DNA of 64,000 bases from Octopus sinensis (taxonomy: Eukaryota): assembly GCF_006345805.1 (NCBI RefSeq), contig NC_043016.1, positions 24,056,001 through 24,120,000 of the forward strand. The letters are read 5' to 3'. Position numbers and translations under genes: made by a program. The notes beneath the pieces are model-generated. The model saw nothing but the letters and a program-made list of their open reading frames with translations. It was not told the origin of the DNA and made no database searches. This document shows, piece by piece, positions 33,100 through 45,632 of this stretch (position 1 is its first letter; each line of letters opens with the position of its first letter).

Positions 33100-33830
33100 A
33101 GTCACTCCGTGAAGGTGCGTGGAAATCCTCCAAATAAAGGTGTCCGAATCTCCTTCACCTTATCAGTGTCTTCAAATGACTGTCCCTAAGATCCTCCTTC
33201 AGCTTGTGGACTGTAGGGAGGGTGAGAAACAATTTTTAACGCCCATCTCTTATTTCTTTACTGCCTACAAGGTGTTACACACAGATGGGACAAACAAGGA
33301 CAGACATAGGTATTAAGTCGATTATATCGACCCCAGTGCGTAACTGGTACTTATTTAATCGACCCCGAAAGGATGAAAGGCAAAGTCGACCTTGGCGGAA
33401 TTTGAACTCAGAACATAGCGGCAGACGAAATACCGCTCAGTATTTCGCCCGGCGTGCTAACGTTTCTGCCAGCTCGCCGCCTTAACGGCGCCTTTAACGC
33501 CCATCTCTGTCAAGTAGTTGGTTCCCAGGATGGAAGTGTGGACTGGGGTATTGTTTTGGTGCAGGTGCTCTAGCCATTTGCGACGAAATTTCTTCCTGAA
33601 CTCCCCCCCACCAACCCAACAAAGTACTATTTGTTAACTGTCTGACGAGAAGGAACACAGTGGATGTTGATGATGCCCTTGTTGTCAAAAAAGGGATCAT
33701 CATGAGCTTTCCGGTGGACTTGATTTCCTTGGCCTCTTGTGCCAACATAAAACAGACACTTGGCTTATACAAGTTAGTCCGGAAGCAGTCTGGAGCATTT
33801 CACAAGTTCCTGTCGTTTTTGCCCTGTTTA
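33100..33830 (-). mobile_element. Mariner transposase catalytic-domain remnant, interrupted by a SINE-B
   Basis: Minus-strand peptides KSTGKLMMIPFFDNKGII, QTVNK, LHQNNTPVHTS, YLTEMGVK and HPPYSP. Confidence 0.75.
33251..33483 (-). mobile_element. SINE-B, full length, with 16-bp TSD
   Basis: TSD TTTAACGCCCATCTCT at 33235-33250 and 33493-33508. Nine extra nt lie between the head and the TSD. Confidence 0.92.
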
Positions 33831-34139
33831 ACAGAAAACTTTATTGTATAGTGAGCTCTCAAACTTCCCGACTGCATATGCAAACTAGTTAGCTGTGACA
33901 AGTTGTGTTTAGCAGGATGTGTTCAAAGTGCTCTTACAGGCGTTTACCTCAATGTGGATTAACAAAAGTTGGCTGGTCAGCTTATTATGATATACTAAAA
34001 TGATATACTAAAAGTATTGATAATCAAGGTCAGTTATAAACTACCTCTCCTAAAAAATAGTCTGAAAACTTCTGGAATGTACCTCGCATACTGTACTTCT
34101 TGTTGTTTAGGTTGAGACCTATGCAGTTTGCTGCTGTCT

Positions 34140-34450
34140 CGGTGTTTATTAACTATCTTCAAAAGGGCCACATCATCAATGGAGAGTACTATGCCAACTT
34201 GTTACGAAAGGCTATCAAGACCAAACACCCAGGAAAACTGACGAAAGGGTATTTGTTTCATCGGGACAATGCTCCTGCACACAAGTCGTTGGTTTCAACG
34301 ACTGTTGTCCATGACTGTGGCTTTGAACTGGTTGATTGCCCTCCCTGTTTTCCTCATTTGGCCCCATAATCAGATCTATTTCCTAACATGAAAAACCATT
34401 TGGCTGGGAACCAGTATCGTTGCGATGATGACGCTATAGCCACTGCTGCT
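34140..34450 (+). mobile_element. Mariner transposase remnant
   Basis: YLQKGHIINGEYYANLL...LFHRDNAPAHKS...GFELVDCPPCFPHLAP, then LFPNMKNHLAG. Confidence 0.82.
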
Positions 34451-34696
34451 ACTTGTTACACCACTGCTGTTACTTGTTACATCTGAAGTGTTCTTTGAAT
34501 AGAATAGTGACAATAACAACAACAACAATGACAACCACAATATTCCTCACTCAGACAACTATAACAACAACTCAAGCGTACGAAACAGAAACAACTATTA
34601 TAGTAACAACAACAATAACGATGGTGATAGCAACAATAACAACAACGTCTCACACACAGATAACGATACCAACATCTCCAGCTACACGGACACCGA

Positions 34697-36870
34697 CCTT
34701 GAACCAGCATGTATAGTTTTTTTGTTAAACTTTACTATGTGGTTCTTCGAGGTTGTTTTTACACTGGCCCCCCTATTGCATGTGCAATCATTTCTTTCAC
34801 CTGATTGTTGTTCTCAGATATGTATCCCACCCCAAATTGACAGTGAAACAGAAGCAAAGATCTCTTTAGCTAGAAATAGACTCCGACATATCTTAGACCG
34901 ATACAACAAATCCACTAAAAAACATAGTGAGGAGGGGACCCACCAACTCAGCTCATCTGTTGACAAAGGCCTACAAAAAGTGAAACAACGAATTAGGAAC
35001 AGAGAATTAGTGTGGCTCCCTACGGACAAGTCTGGCAGACTGTCAGTAGACAGCCCACAGAACTATGTCCAGACCATGCAACAACACATCAGTATCATGA
35101 GAGAAGTTGCACCACAGGAACATGAAAGAGTGGAAAAACTCCTCAATGCACACATGGGAATGTGGTGCAACATACTCCAACCTATGAAAAGGACGGCACA
35201 CAATTTCCAAGCATCCAACAAAGATGTTCCTACACTATATGGGTTACACAAAGACCACAAACCCTACATAAACCCTGTCGCGGGGCCCCCAACCAGACAA
35301 GTTCGCAGAGCGAACATCTCCAGCAACTATAGACTGTCCTACTTCTTCTCACAGGTATCGCGACCTCTCATAGAAATGTCTCCAGATGTTTGTGTAAGCA
35401 CGGAAGATCTCCTCAGTAAAATCAGTACTTGCAACCACTCCAACGACCTCATAGGTTGTGTAGTGGGTAGTATGAACGTGATTTCACTCTACCCATCTAT
35501 AGACATAGAGTGAGAGTGAGGTGGAACTGGGCCCTCTCCTCAGACTGTAACTATTTAGATGACCATGACCTCAATAGATTCTGCCCCACAAGGTCACAGA
35601 GGGTAAGACCACCCTCCATCACTTAAGCTGTGAAGAAAAGCACCACAGAGCTCTGGAGTGGCTGGACCGCACCTGCCCAAAACCTTGAGAATAACAATCA
35701 GGTAAAAGAAATGATTGCACATGCAATTGAGGTCAGTGTAAAAAACCACCCCGAAGAAACACATAGTTAAGTTTAACAAAAACTATACATGCAGGTTCAA
35801 GGTGCAGCCATCTGTCGTGTAACAGGAGATGTGGCTGGCTTCTTCATGATCTTGTGGGACAGAAAATTTAAACAAATGTTAGCAGAACAGTCCACAACTC
35901 TTCTACTCTACAGTAGATATGTTGATGACATTAATATCAATAGTTAGGACCAACTCTAATGACTTTAATGTGGAAACCGAGAAGAACGTAATGGAGAGCA
36001 TCCAGCAAATAGCTAACTCCATCCACCAAAGTATCAGGGTAACTATAGATTACCCCCACCAAGCACCCCAATAACAGACTCCCTGTACTTGATACAGAAC
36101 TTTGGTTAGAGACTGTGAACAATAGAGTGCAGCTCCTCCACTCCTATTACATGAAACCTATAGCTTCAAAATATGTTGTTCACTAGAACTCAGCTTTGTC
36201 ACACAACATGAAAATTAACATACTAATACCAGACTTAGAATAATGAACAATGTGTCCCCACTATGCGAACCCTATGAAATTAAAAAAACATATACAGAAC
36301 TTCATGCACCGCATGCAGTTCTCTGGATATGATCAGAAAGATAGGTTTCGAGTGCACAGGGGAGCTAGAAAGAAATTAGACAACATTATACGTAATGATA
36401 CCAGTGGTACCTGCCCTTGATATAGAAACAAAGAATGGAATAGAATACAAAGAACTTGTGACAAAGCAAACAGGGTGAACACGTGGTATAAAAATGACAA
36501 ATATAAAGGGGTAATGTTTGTAGAGGCCATAGCCCAAGGAGAACTAGCTCGTAGATTTAGAAAAGCTCTGAAGGAGACCAAACTCAACATTAAGATTGTT
36601 GAAAAGCCAGGGAGATCTGTCAGATCACAACTATGTAGGACGTACCCCTTTGAGAAACCATATGCACCAATGATAACTGCATGGTATGTAGGATTAGCCC
36701 TGGCATTAATTGTAGAACTAGAAATGTAGTTTACAGCATAAGATGCATAGAAGGTTCTTGTAAAGACATGAATATGACATATATAGGGGAGACATCTTGG
36801 AGCATTGCGGAACGACTAAATAGGAAATATACATAGCAGATATTATACCCCCATACACACAGTTTACACA
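34697..36870 (+). mobile_element. Penelope-like element (probably Neptune-type), decayed, with an inverted RT fragment at its 5' side
   Basis: RT N-terminus PTDKSGRL, PTLYGLHKDHK and SMNVISLYPSID; YVDD motif; LPVLDT; a Cys-rich linker CTNDNCMVC...NC; GIY-YIG VVYSIRC...YIGETSWSIAERL. 34697-34817 is an inverted copy of 35686-35803. Confidence 0.87.
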
Positions 36871-36899
36871 GGTAGAGTAGAATAGTTAATGGGCTGTTA

Positions 36900-37500
36900 T
36901 GTAGATAGATGTATGTATGTATGTGTGTGTGGGTGCATGTATGTATGTGTATATGCACATGTATGCAAGCATATGGATATGAAAATAAACAGATCAACAT
37001 ACAGACGGATAGGTACATAGATTATATGAACAGAAAAGCACACATACGTAAATGGAGACTGAAACACATGACCATATATATACACACACACACACTTTAC
37101 TTCACACAAGGACACATATGGAGATACGAGTCCACACATATGGAGATGCACATCCATACATGCAAACACAGTACATAGTTGCAAAACACCCATACACACA
37201 CACGAACTCAGACATGCATACAAAGGGAGACAGAGGTGCATACATATACAAACACAAGCACACACACACATGCATAAAAAAATACACAAAAACAGACATG
37301 CAAGCACATGAATATGCAGAGAATACATACATATGCACACTCATACATACATATATACATATGCATACACACGTATATATACATATACACACATACATAC
37401 ATACATACATACATACATACATACATACATACATACATACATACATACATACATGCATGCATGCATGCATAGGCGCACACACACACACACTGACCCACAC
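36900..37500. repeat. Degenerate TG/CA/(TACA)n low-complexity tract
   Basis: Directly visible. Confidence 0.85.
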
Positions 37501-38074
37501 ACATGCGCACAAACAAGCAAAAACGAACGCAGTGTAAATAACGGACAGAGTCAAAACTATTGAAAAGGTTGCAAGACGCAGGGAAAATTTTAGGAAAATA
37601 AAAATAAGAAATAAGTGGAAAATTTACTGGTGAATATGTTAAATTATAAGGCACAAAAAAAAAAATGACTCTCCCCAGACACAGCAGAATATGCTTCACA
37701 CATGAACTCACATAAAGAATCTTGCAAGCCAAATCCAAAAACGAAATAAGAAAATATGGAAAATTTACTACACTCCATTAGCTGTTACTCTCGAGTTTCA
37801 GTGAATGCATGCTTCGTCGGACGGCAACAACAGTGAAAAAACATTTTTAACGCATGTGAAAACAAGTCGGTGTATTTACCCACAGTTATCATTGGTTAAA
37901 CAGGCCTCACGTTAATTACACGTGATATATCAGTATGATTTAGCAAAAAAATAAATAGATAAAAAATAAAGTTTGGAGAAGTGATTGTAACTCACTGTGT
38001 GTGTGTGTGAGTATGAGTGTGTGTGTGTGTGTGTGCGTATATGTATTGAGAGTAAGTGCACAGGAATGAAAGTG

Positions 38075-38190
38075 ATGAAATTGTCTCCAGAGAGTGGAAC
38101 ATCGAGTGTTATGAGTCTTTCACTGACTCCTGTTGGGGTGACTCGAGAGTACGTCTCCTGCCTTATGCCCGCAGCAAAACCAATCACCTG
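38075..38190 (-). mobile_element. RTE-clade APE endonuclease fragment
   Basis: IGFAAGI...PTGVSERLITLDVPLSGDNFITFI matches the RTE pattern GVGF...GISERLMTLRLPL...TIIS. Confidence 0.7.
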
Positions 38191-38386
38191 CGCCCTACAT
38201 CAATCACGCCCTTCTCCCTATGCCCATCTCCCTAAACAGTTACTCTCATTTGTATGCGTATAACTCAACTGCTCATTCCTCTCTGTTCAGCTTCTCTCCA
38301 TTGAACACCATCCCCCAAACACCGGTCCCCAAGCACTTTTTTTCCTCTTCCGTTTCTAACACCCACCTATTCTTTTTATTTCCTTT

Positions 38387-38426
38387 CTTTTCTTGATGAA
38401 GAATTCTCCGATCGAAACGTCAAAGC
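38387..38426 (+). ncRNA. Degenerate minimal hammerhead-like motif (Penelope-terminus type)
   Basis: CTTTTC-TTGATGA-AGAATTCTCCGATC-GAAA-CG-TC-AAAG. Same layout as 19664-19700, with a GUC triplet and a weak stem II. Confidence 0.35.
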
Positions 38427-38489
38427 TTTTTTTCCTTTTTCTTTCCAGGCTTGAAACTAATAACTCGTCCCTTTTCTTGTTCTTGCTCA

Positions 38490-38697
38490 TACATACATAC
38501 ATACATACATACATACATACATACATACATACATACATACATACATACATACATACATTCATACATACATACATACATACATACATACATGCAAACACAT
38601 ACATACGAGCATGCATACACACATACATGCATGCATCATACCTACATATATACATACATACATACATACATACATACATACATACATACATGCATGC

Positions 38698-38728
<31 letters not shown>

Positions 38729-39000
38729 CAAACATGCATGCATGCATACATACATACATACATACATACACTCATATACATACATACACACATACACACA
38801 AACACACATACATACACACATATACATACATACATACACACATGCACACATACATACATGCATGCATACACACATATACGTACATACACAGACATACACA
38901 CATACATAAATACATACATAAATACATACATACATACATACATACATGCATGTATGCATACGTACACGCATACATACATGCAGGCATCATACATACATTT
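38490..39000. repeat. Long (TACA)n compound microsatellite
   Basis: Directly visible. Confidence 0.95.
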
Positions 39001-39349
39001 TCTTAAGAACGTGTGTATGTATGTATGGTTTAGTAACGTGTACCATGCTTTTGTATATTGTTTTAGCTGGTTATGTAATCGTGTATAGGCGTAGGCACCT
39101 TCTTCATGCTTCCATCTTTTAATCCAGCAGAAAATCTTTGCTATAATAAGTGGAGAGAGAATGGGGGGAGTGATAGGGGGAGGAAGGGAGGGGAGAATGA
39201 GTCAGAGAGAGAGAGAGAGAGAGAGAGAAAGGGCTGCAATGTCGCTCGGCGGCTATGATTTTCTTCTGAGTAAACTGAAAATGAAGTGCATTGTTTAAAG
39301 GCACAATGCGCTACTTGATGCAGTAATTGAACTCACGGCATAAAGATCA

Positions 39350-39497
39350 TGATGAGCAGATCACATACTTAGAAACATACTCACAGATATACAACAAGGG
39401 GATACAAGGTGTTACATAATGTGTCTTGATACAAGGTGTTACATAATGTGGCCGGCCTCTTCATGACCTGGTGGGACAAAAGACTTGTTAACAAATG
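39350..39497 (+). mobile_element. Small Penelope-like RT fragment
   Basis: ATGTGGCCGGCCTCTTCATGACCTGGTGGGACAAAAGA resembles ATGTGGCTGGCTTCTTCATGATCTTGTGGGACAGAAAA at ~35829. It also contains a short direct duplication of GATACAAGGTGTTACATAATGTG. Confidence 0.6.
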
Positions 39498-40619
39498 TTA
39501 GTATTCATTTATGTTAAGAGTTTATAATTATCGCAGCATAAATGCAGTTTCAGAAGTATGGCTAATTGCAGTAAATGACTCTTGAAATAATTTGTGTTTG
39601 GAATCGATGTCTTAGCTATAGAAAAAAAATACATATATCGGTATCTCCCAAAGTTCCTTCAATGTGCGTTATACACTACATGTCGATTCCTTTTTATATA
39701 TGAGGAAATTCAATTCCTTTACATTATCAAAGTATATTAGGCAGTTGAAAGGCTAGGGAAGAGAGAACGCTACAAACAAGCTCAGCTTGACTCTAGAGGA
39801 AAAGGCATTCAACGGCCGGTGTAGTAATAGTAATTTGTATGTAACCGAAAAGCCTAATATCCTAACTATAACCAACTGATACTCTAAACAGAAGAGAAGA
39901 AACTTTCTCTTCATGCTTGCATACATGAAAATCGAAACTTTATTTCTTCAAACATTTCCTTGCTTTTGACACACTCCAACCACAAGCTGGTTAATTACCC
40001 GAGTCACCAGGCCCACATCCAAGAAGAACGACACCCCCAATCAAGCCCACGCAACACCCTTTTCGCATACCTTTACTGCATTTTTCTTTCCCTGTGTGAA
40101 TTGGTCGTGCATGAACAGATCTGTAACATACAGAAGAGTGGGTACACATTACGAGTGAATCAGAAGTATGCGAAGAACCACACCCGATCTAGTATAGGAT
40201 TCGACTATGTTCACATTGTTGGGGGCCATTTTATGAGGCATCTCATTAAACGAACCAGTTAACATTCAACTGGTTATGTCAAGTATTTGCCCCCACGCAT
40301 GATCTAATTATTCGTGTACAATCGACATTGTTTAACTTGAAACTCAACTGAAGTATTTTGCAAGCTTCAAACTGAAATACATTCATGCACACATACATAT
40401 ATATGAGTACTATGCATAAATGCATGCATGGCTGCATGCATTCATACTGATATTCATTCTACTACGTATGTATATGTGTATACATGTAAATATGTTTCTA
40501 TGTAGATGTGTGCGTGTGTGTGTGTGTGTGTGTACGTATGTATATATATATATATATACATGCATGTCAGTGTATATGTATGTGTGTATGTATGGACAAA
40601 TTTACATGCACATAACAAC

Positions 40620-40766
40620 CAGGCACGGTTCCAGGAATTTTTCGAATAGTCAAGAGTATACAGTTCCAGGAGAAAAGGGCGTATTAACATTATTTAGAAA
40701 GGCGCACTTCTTTTCTTGAGGAAGGGCACGAGCCACTCAGGCCTCCCACCCTTGGGTCCGCCCATG
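40620..40766. mobile_element. Possible small non-autonomous DNA transposon
   Basis: Imperfect terminal inverted repeats CAGGCACGGTTCCAGG and CTTGGGTCCGCCCATG. Confidence 0.35.
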
Positions 40767-41187
40767 ACAATGATAACAATAGGAAACAGCAACTGAAACT
40801 GTATGCGGCGATTCGACCTACTGGAAATAGTAGTTAAATTTTTCTTAGTTGAAACTCGTCAGTTTTTTTTTTTTAAAGCAAACATCGGATAATGTAGCCC
40901 TTGGTACACTGCGTCCGGAAAAAAACAAAGGACTTGTTGGTCATACTGTAGCGCATCTGCTTGTATGTGTTGAATGAGTTCTGATCTTGGTCTTAACAAC
41001 AACAACAACACCGTCTTACAAAAACAAGACCAACATTTATTCCAACAGTGACAACACCATCAATACCAACAACTACAACAACAATAGTAAAGAACATCAG
41101 CGCCACTACACCATAACAGCAAAAGCTAAAACAAAAACAGATGCTTCCTCCACCAACAGCAACAGCACAATCACTACCATTAACAAT

Positions 41188-41310
41188 CTCCAGGGATACA
41201 GGCATCCAGCAACAGGACCTCCGTAATGCCATGATGGACCGTGAAGTCTGGCGTAGCATGGTAAATTCCATTGCCTCGACCACGGTCGAACAATGATGAA
41301 TGATGATGAC
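41188..41310 (+). mobile_element. RTE-type LINE extreme 3' end
   Basis: SRDTGIQQQDLRNAMMDREVWRSMVNSI (DR-x-x-W motif), followed by an ATG/TGA-repeat tail. Confidence 0.65.
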
Positions 41311-41377
41311 CATTAACAACAGCACTTCAAACGACAACTCAAATCACCAGCCATAACAACAGAACAAACATTATATT

Positions 41378-41595
41378 GCTTTCAAATTTTTTGGCACAAG
41401 GCCAGCAATTTGGAGGGAAGGAGTAAATCGATTACATCGACACCCAGTACTCAACTGGTACTTATTTTATCGACCCCGAAAGGATGAAAAGTAAAAGTTG
41501 GCCTCGGTGGAATTTGAAACTTAAAACGCAAAGACAGAGGAAATGCTGCTAAGCATTTTGCCCGGTGTGCTAACGATTCTGCAGATGGCCGACTT
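41378..41595 (-). mobile_element. SINE-B variant with B2 tail
   Basis: Core TATCGACCCCGAAAGGATGAAA. The tail reads TTGCTGGCCTTGTGCCAAAAAATTTGAAAGC on the minus strand. Confidence 0.8.
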
Positions 41596-42080
41596 ACAAC
41601 AGAACAAATAATTGATTAACAATAAAAATGACAGCACCATCATCATCAACAAGAAAACTACCAACCTCAAAACCTCAAACTCTGTAGCCAAAAACAGCAA
41701 AAAAAAAAAAAAAAAGAAAGAACAAGGTGAAGGAATATTTATAAGATTTCTGCTGCGATGAAATCATTCTCAATACTAATTGACAATAATTTTCTCTAAT
41801 TAAAACAAATTACTTTCTGAATACGTGGAAAACGAAGGAAATTTAGAAATGAAAAGTCAGAATTTAATGATTTGTGTATAAAGCAGAGCAGTATGTTGGG
41901 TGAGTCGGTAAAGCATCGGACAGAATTTCTCACAGTATGCATTCTGAGTTCAAATCTTGCCGTCAACATCAACTTTAATTTTAATCCCTTCAAGATCGAT
42001 ATAAAAGTATTATTCCAGTACTGAACTCGCTTTCTCTCTCTCTCTCTGTATATATATACATCTTCTCTCTCTGTATATAT

Positions 42081-42113
<33 letters not shown>

Positions 42114-42439
42114 GGACGTATAAACAAAACACATACACTATATATATATGAGATCGATAATGTTCACATTATTAGAACGGCTCTTAATTTAGATGTTCTA
42201 TTCAAAAAAATTAATATTTGAGTTCAAATATAACTCAGGTCAATTTTGCCTTTCATTTTTCCAAGGTCACTAAAATAAAGTACCAGTGAAGTATAGTGGC
42301 TGATTTCATCCCTAATCTGAGGCCACGTTCCGTTGTTGGAAATTAATATGGCGCAGATGTGGCTGTGTTGTAAGAGGCTTACTCCAGCATGTCCGCAGTC
42401 TAATGATTGAAACCCGTAAACGATATATATATATATCGA

Positions 42440-43950
42440 TTAACCATTTTAAGGTTGCAAATGATGTCGCTACGACAGAATAAAGGCAAGACTACAGGAG
42501 AACGATACCTTAAAAGCGGAAAGAGTGTTACGACATAAGACCAGTACAAAAAAGTCGGAAGACAAATAAAGTGTTGCAGGAAAAACAGAAGAAATATCGA
42601 GATGTTGACCCATGTATGGCATGTGGTGGGATGCACCTGAAAAAAGATTGTCCGTATAAAAAAGCAAATTGTGTTTTTGCTGCGGGTCTACAGGACATAT
42701 GAAATCGTACTGCAAAACTAAAATGATAGGGAAATGGAGCAAACAGGAGTGGCTGTGTGGTAAGCAGCTTGTTTACCAGCCACATGGTTCCGGGTTCAGT
42801 CCCTCTGCGTGGCACCTTGGGCAAGTGTCTTCTGCTATAGCCTCGGGCCGACCAAAGCCTTGTGAGTGGATTTGGTAGATGGAAACTGAAAGAAGCCCGT
42901 CGTATATGTATATAATATATGTGCATCTATTTTGTGTGTGTCTGTTTGTCCCCCTAGCATTGCTTGACAACCGATGCTGGTGTGTTTATGTCCCCGTTAC
43001 TTAGCGGTTCGGTAAAAGAGACCGATAGAATAAGTACTGGGCTTACAAAGAATAAGCCCCGGGGTCGAGTTGCCTCGATTCAAGGTGGTGCTCCGCATGG
43101 CCGCATCAAATGACTGAAACAAGTAAAAGAGTAAAGAGTAAAAGAGTAAAGAGTAAACAAGAAAAAGTGAATAGCTTGTCAGCAGGAAATGTTATGACTA
43201 CAACAAACAAAAACTTTGTGAATGTGAAAATTCAGATTGCAATTAGACACAGGAAGTGATATCACGATCATAAATATGAAAGCTTGGGAACAAATGAGTT
43301 AACCAAAATTATGTTCGTTCAAACAAAATAGCGTATGGTGTTACGGGAAGAAAATTATATTTCACGGGCGAACGTGTTTGTAGTATTATGTTCAAAGGTC
43401 AAACCCCAAAAGTGAATGTTTATGTATTGAAAAATTCCATGAATTTATTTGGCACCGAATGTACGGAGAAATTTAATTTATGGGATACACCCATAAGTGT
43501 GTAGTGTATTTATAATCCATGTAAATAAATCCCTTTTTAATCATGAAACAATTTATGTATTTATTTATACACACTAGCACTTCCTTCTCTAAGCTTAGAA
43601 GTGCTTTGTGCAATAATGTAAACGGAGCAGTCAAACGACCAAACGAGACTAATGAACTGAAACAAAAAAGTGATGTGAAACATCGTGCATGAACTACAAG
43701 TAACTTTGGAAGAAATAAAGAGAAATGCGAGAAATGGCAAATTTATTAATGAGACAAAAAGAAAATCGTGGTTGACAAAAGGAAATGAAGAAAGGTCTGA
43801 TGCAATGATGCAAAGAAGCAGAAAGAGTCGTGGAAAAGTAACCAACAAGAGTAGAAATACCGATGGGTTGGCTACAAGACACTTTTCAGGTTCCAGCACC
43901 ATTACAAGAAGTCGAAAGCACACATATAAGGAAAAGAAGAATAGATATTG
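42440..43950 (+). mobile_element. Gypsy-type LTR retrotransposon remnant (gag zinc knuckles, protease, part of pol), split by a SINE-A
   Basis: CMACGGMHLKKDCP and CFCCGSTGHMKSYC knuckles; protease QLDTGSDITIIN at ~43240; YGVTGRKLYFTGE...VLKNSMNLFGTE...LWDTPI; ELQVTLEEIK. Confidence 0.78.
42744..43156 (+). mobile_element. SINE-A, full length, inserted in the Gypsy remnant
   Basis: Near-consensus copy with a (GAGTAAA)n-like tail. Confidence 0.92.
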
Positions 43951-43951
43951 A

Positions 43952-43988
<37 letters not shown>

Positions 43989-44689
43989 AAAATACATATA
44001 AATTTGACATGGGCGATTCTTTCTTGTCTTGGAATTCACGGTCAAACGGCTTGGTGGAATTGCGCGAAAAATTACACACATGTGTAGAATGATCTGGTGG
44101 TGATGCTGGGCTTTGTATTTTTTCATAGCTCCCATGGTTACTGAAATAATCTACTATAATAATATGCCTGTGTTTATGAATGAGGAAGGAAGGGGTGATA
44201 GATAAGAAAGGAAAGGGTGATGTCATACTTAGTAGTGGGATGATGAAAATTGTACGCTGAAAAAATAATTCAAACAGCGTTTCAACTCTGTGTGAATATA
44301 TGTGTATGTATGTAAAAGGGGGCTATGCGAATGTGTGTGTGTGTGTGCGTGTGTGCGTGCGTGTGTGTTTGCTTGTGTGTGTGTCTGCCTGTGTGCGCGC
44401 AATGGAAGTAGGATGGTTCATCTTTGTTCGCTTAGTATTTGGGCTTCTTTTTTTGATTTGGTTGAATCTTGGTTGCTTTTTATTTTGTTGGTCAGTTAAT
44501 TTTAGCGATTTGACAAGAAAACGTCATTCTAAAATTGTTTTTTAACGTAAGCGTGCCCAAACATGTCGAATGCTTACACAGAGCAGGTATTACAGCCACA
44601 TCATCCAAACTGACCGGGTGAAACCGGGCTTAGCTGCTAGTATATATATATAAGGAGAAAGTAGGGTGAATAAAAGAAACTGATTCTTG

Positions 44690-44991
44690 TATTCTTTTAT
44701 TCGTTTACTTGTTTCAGTCATTTGACTGCGGCCATGCTGGAGCACCGCCTTTAGTCGAGCAAATCGACCCCAGGACTTATTCTTTGGGAGCCTAGTACTT
44801 ATTCTATCGGTCTCTTTAGCCGAACCGCTAATGTTACGGGGACGTAAACACACCAGGATCGGTTGTCAAGCGATGTTGGGGGGACAAACACAGACACACA
44901 AACATATACACACACATACATACATACATACATACATACATACATACATACATACATACATACATGATACATACATACATGCATGCATACA

Positions 44992-45025
<34 letters not shown>

Positions 45026-45037
45026 CATACATACATA

Positions 45038-45088
<51 letters not shown>

Positions 45089-45281
45089 ATAATATATATA
45101 TATATATTATATACATATATATATATACGACGGGCTTCTTTCAGTTTCCGTCTACCAAATCCACTCACAAGGCTTTGGTTGGCCCGAGGCTATAGTAGAA
45201 GACACTTGCCCAAGGTGCCACGCAGTGGGACTGAACCCAGAACTATGTGGTTGGTAAGCAAGCTACCTACAGCCACTCCTA
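44690..45281 (-). mobile_element. SINE-A, full length, with expanded central (TACA)n/(TA)n
   Basis: Both halves are near consensus and separated by ~230 nt of microsatellite. Confidence 0.92.
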
Positions 45282-45632
45282 CACCTATGATTGTTAATAA
45301 AAAAAAATTAAAAGTGGAGATGTTATATAGTGAAACTGTACACCGCTCCCGATAAAAAGTGGTAATAACCAGCCATTATAGATAGACCAGCAGTCGGTCG
45401 ACAAGAGAACGTCGAGAGTACGTGTAGACTGTGTTGATAGTCGTGTCTGTGCTGATATAGTAATTATACTGTGATACTGAGTGGACGTTATAACGATCCA
45501 ACTTTTTGAGGATGATAACAGTGCCAGATAGAAACATCCCATCGACGACTTCGGAATATAACAAGACCTGTCAGAGCGATAACCGTCGTCAAAAGACAGA
45601 TATAAAAGTGGCAAAATCACGCTTTACAACAG

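Noticed and set aside
41270-41300. SINE-C tail matching this RTE 3' end (TCGACCACGGT versus TCGGCCACGGT)
   Set aside because: The match is only ~11 nt, too short to support a partnership.
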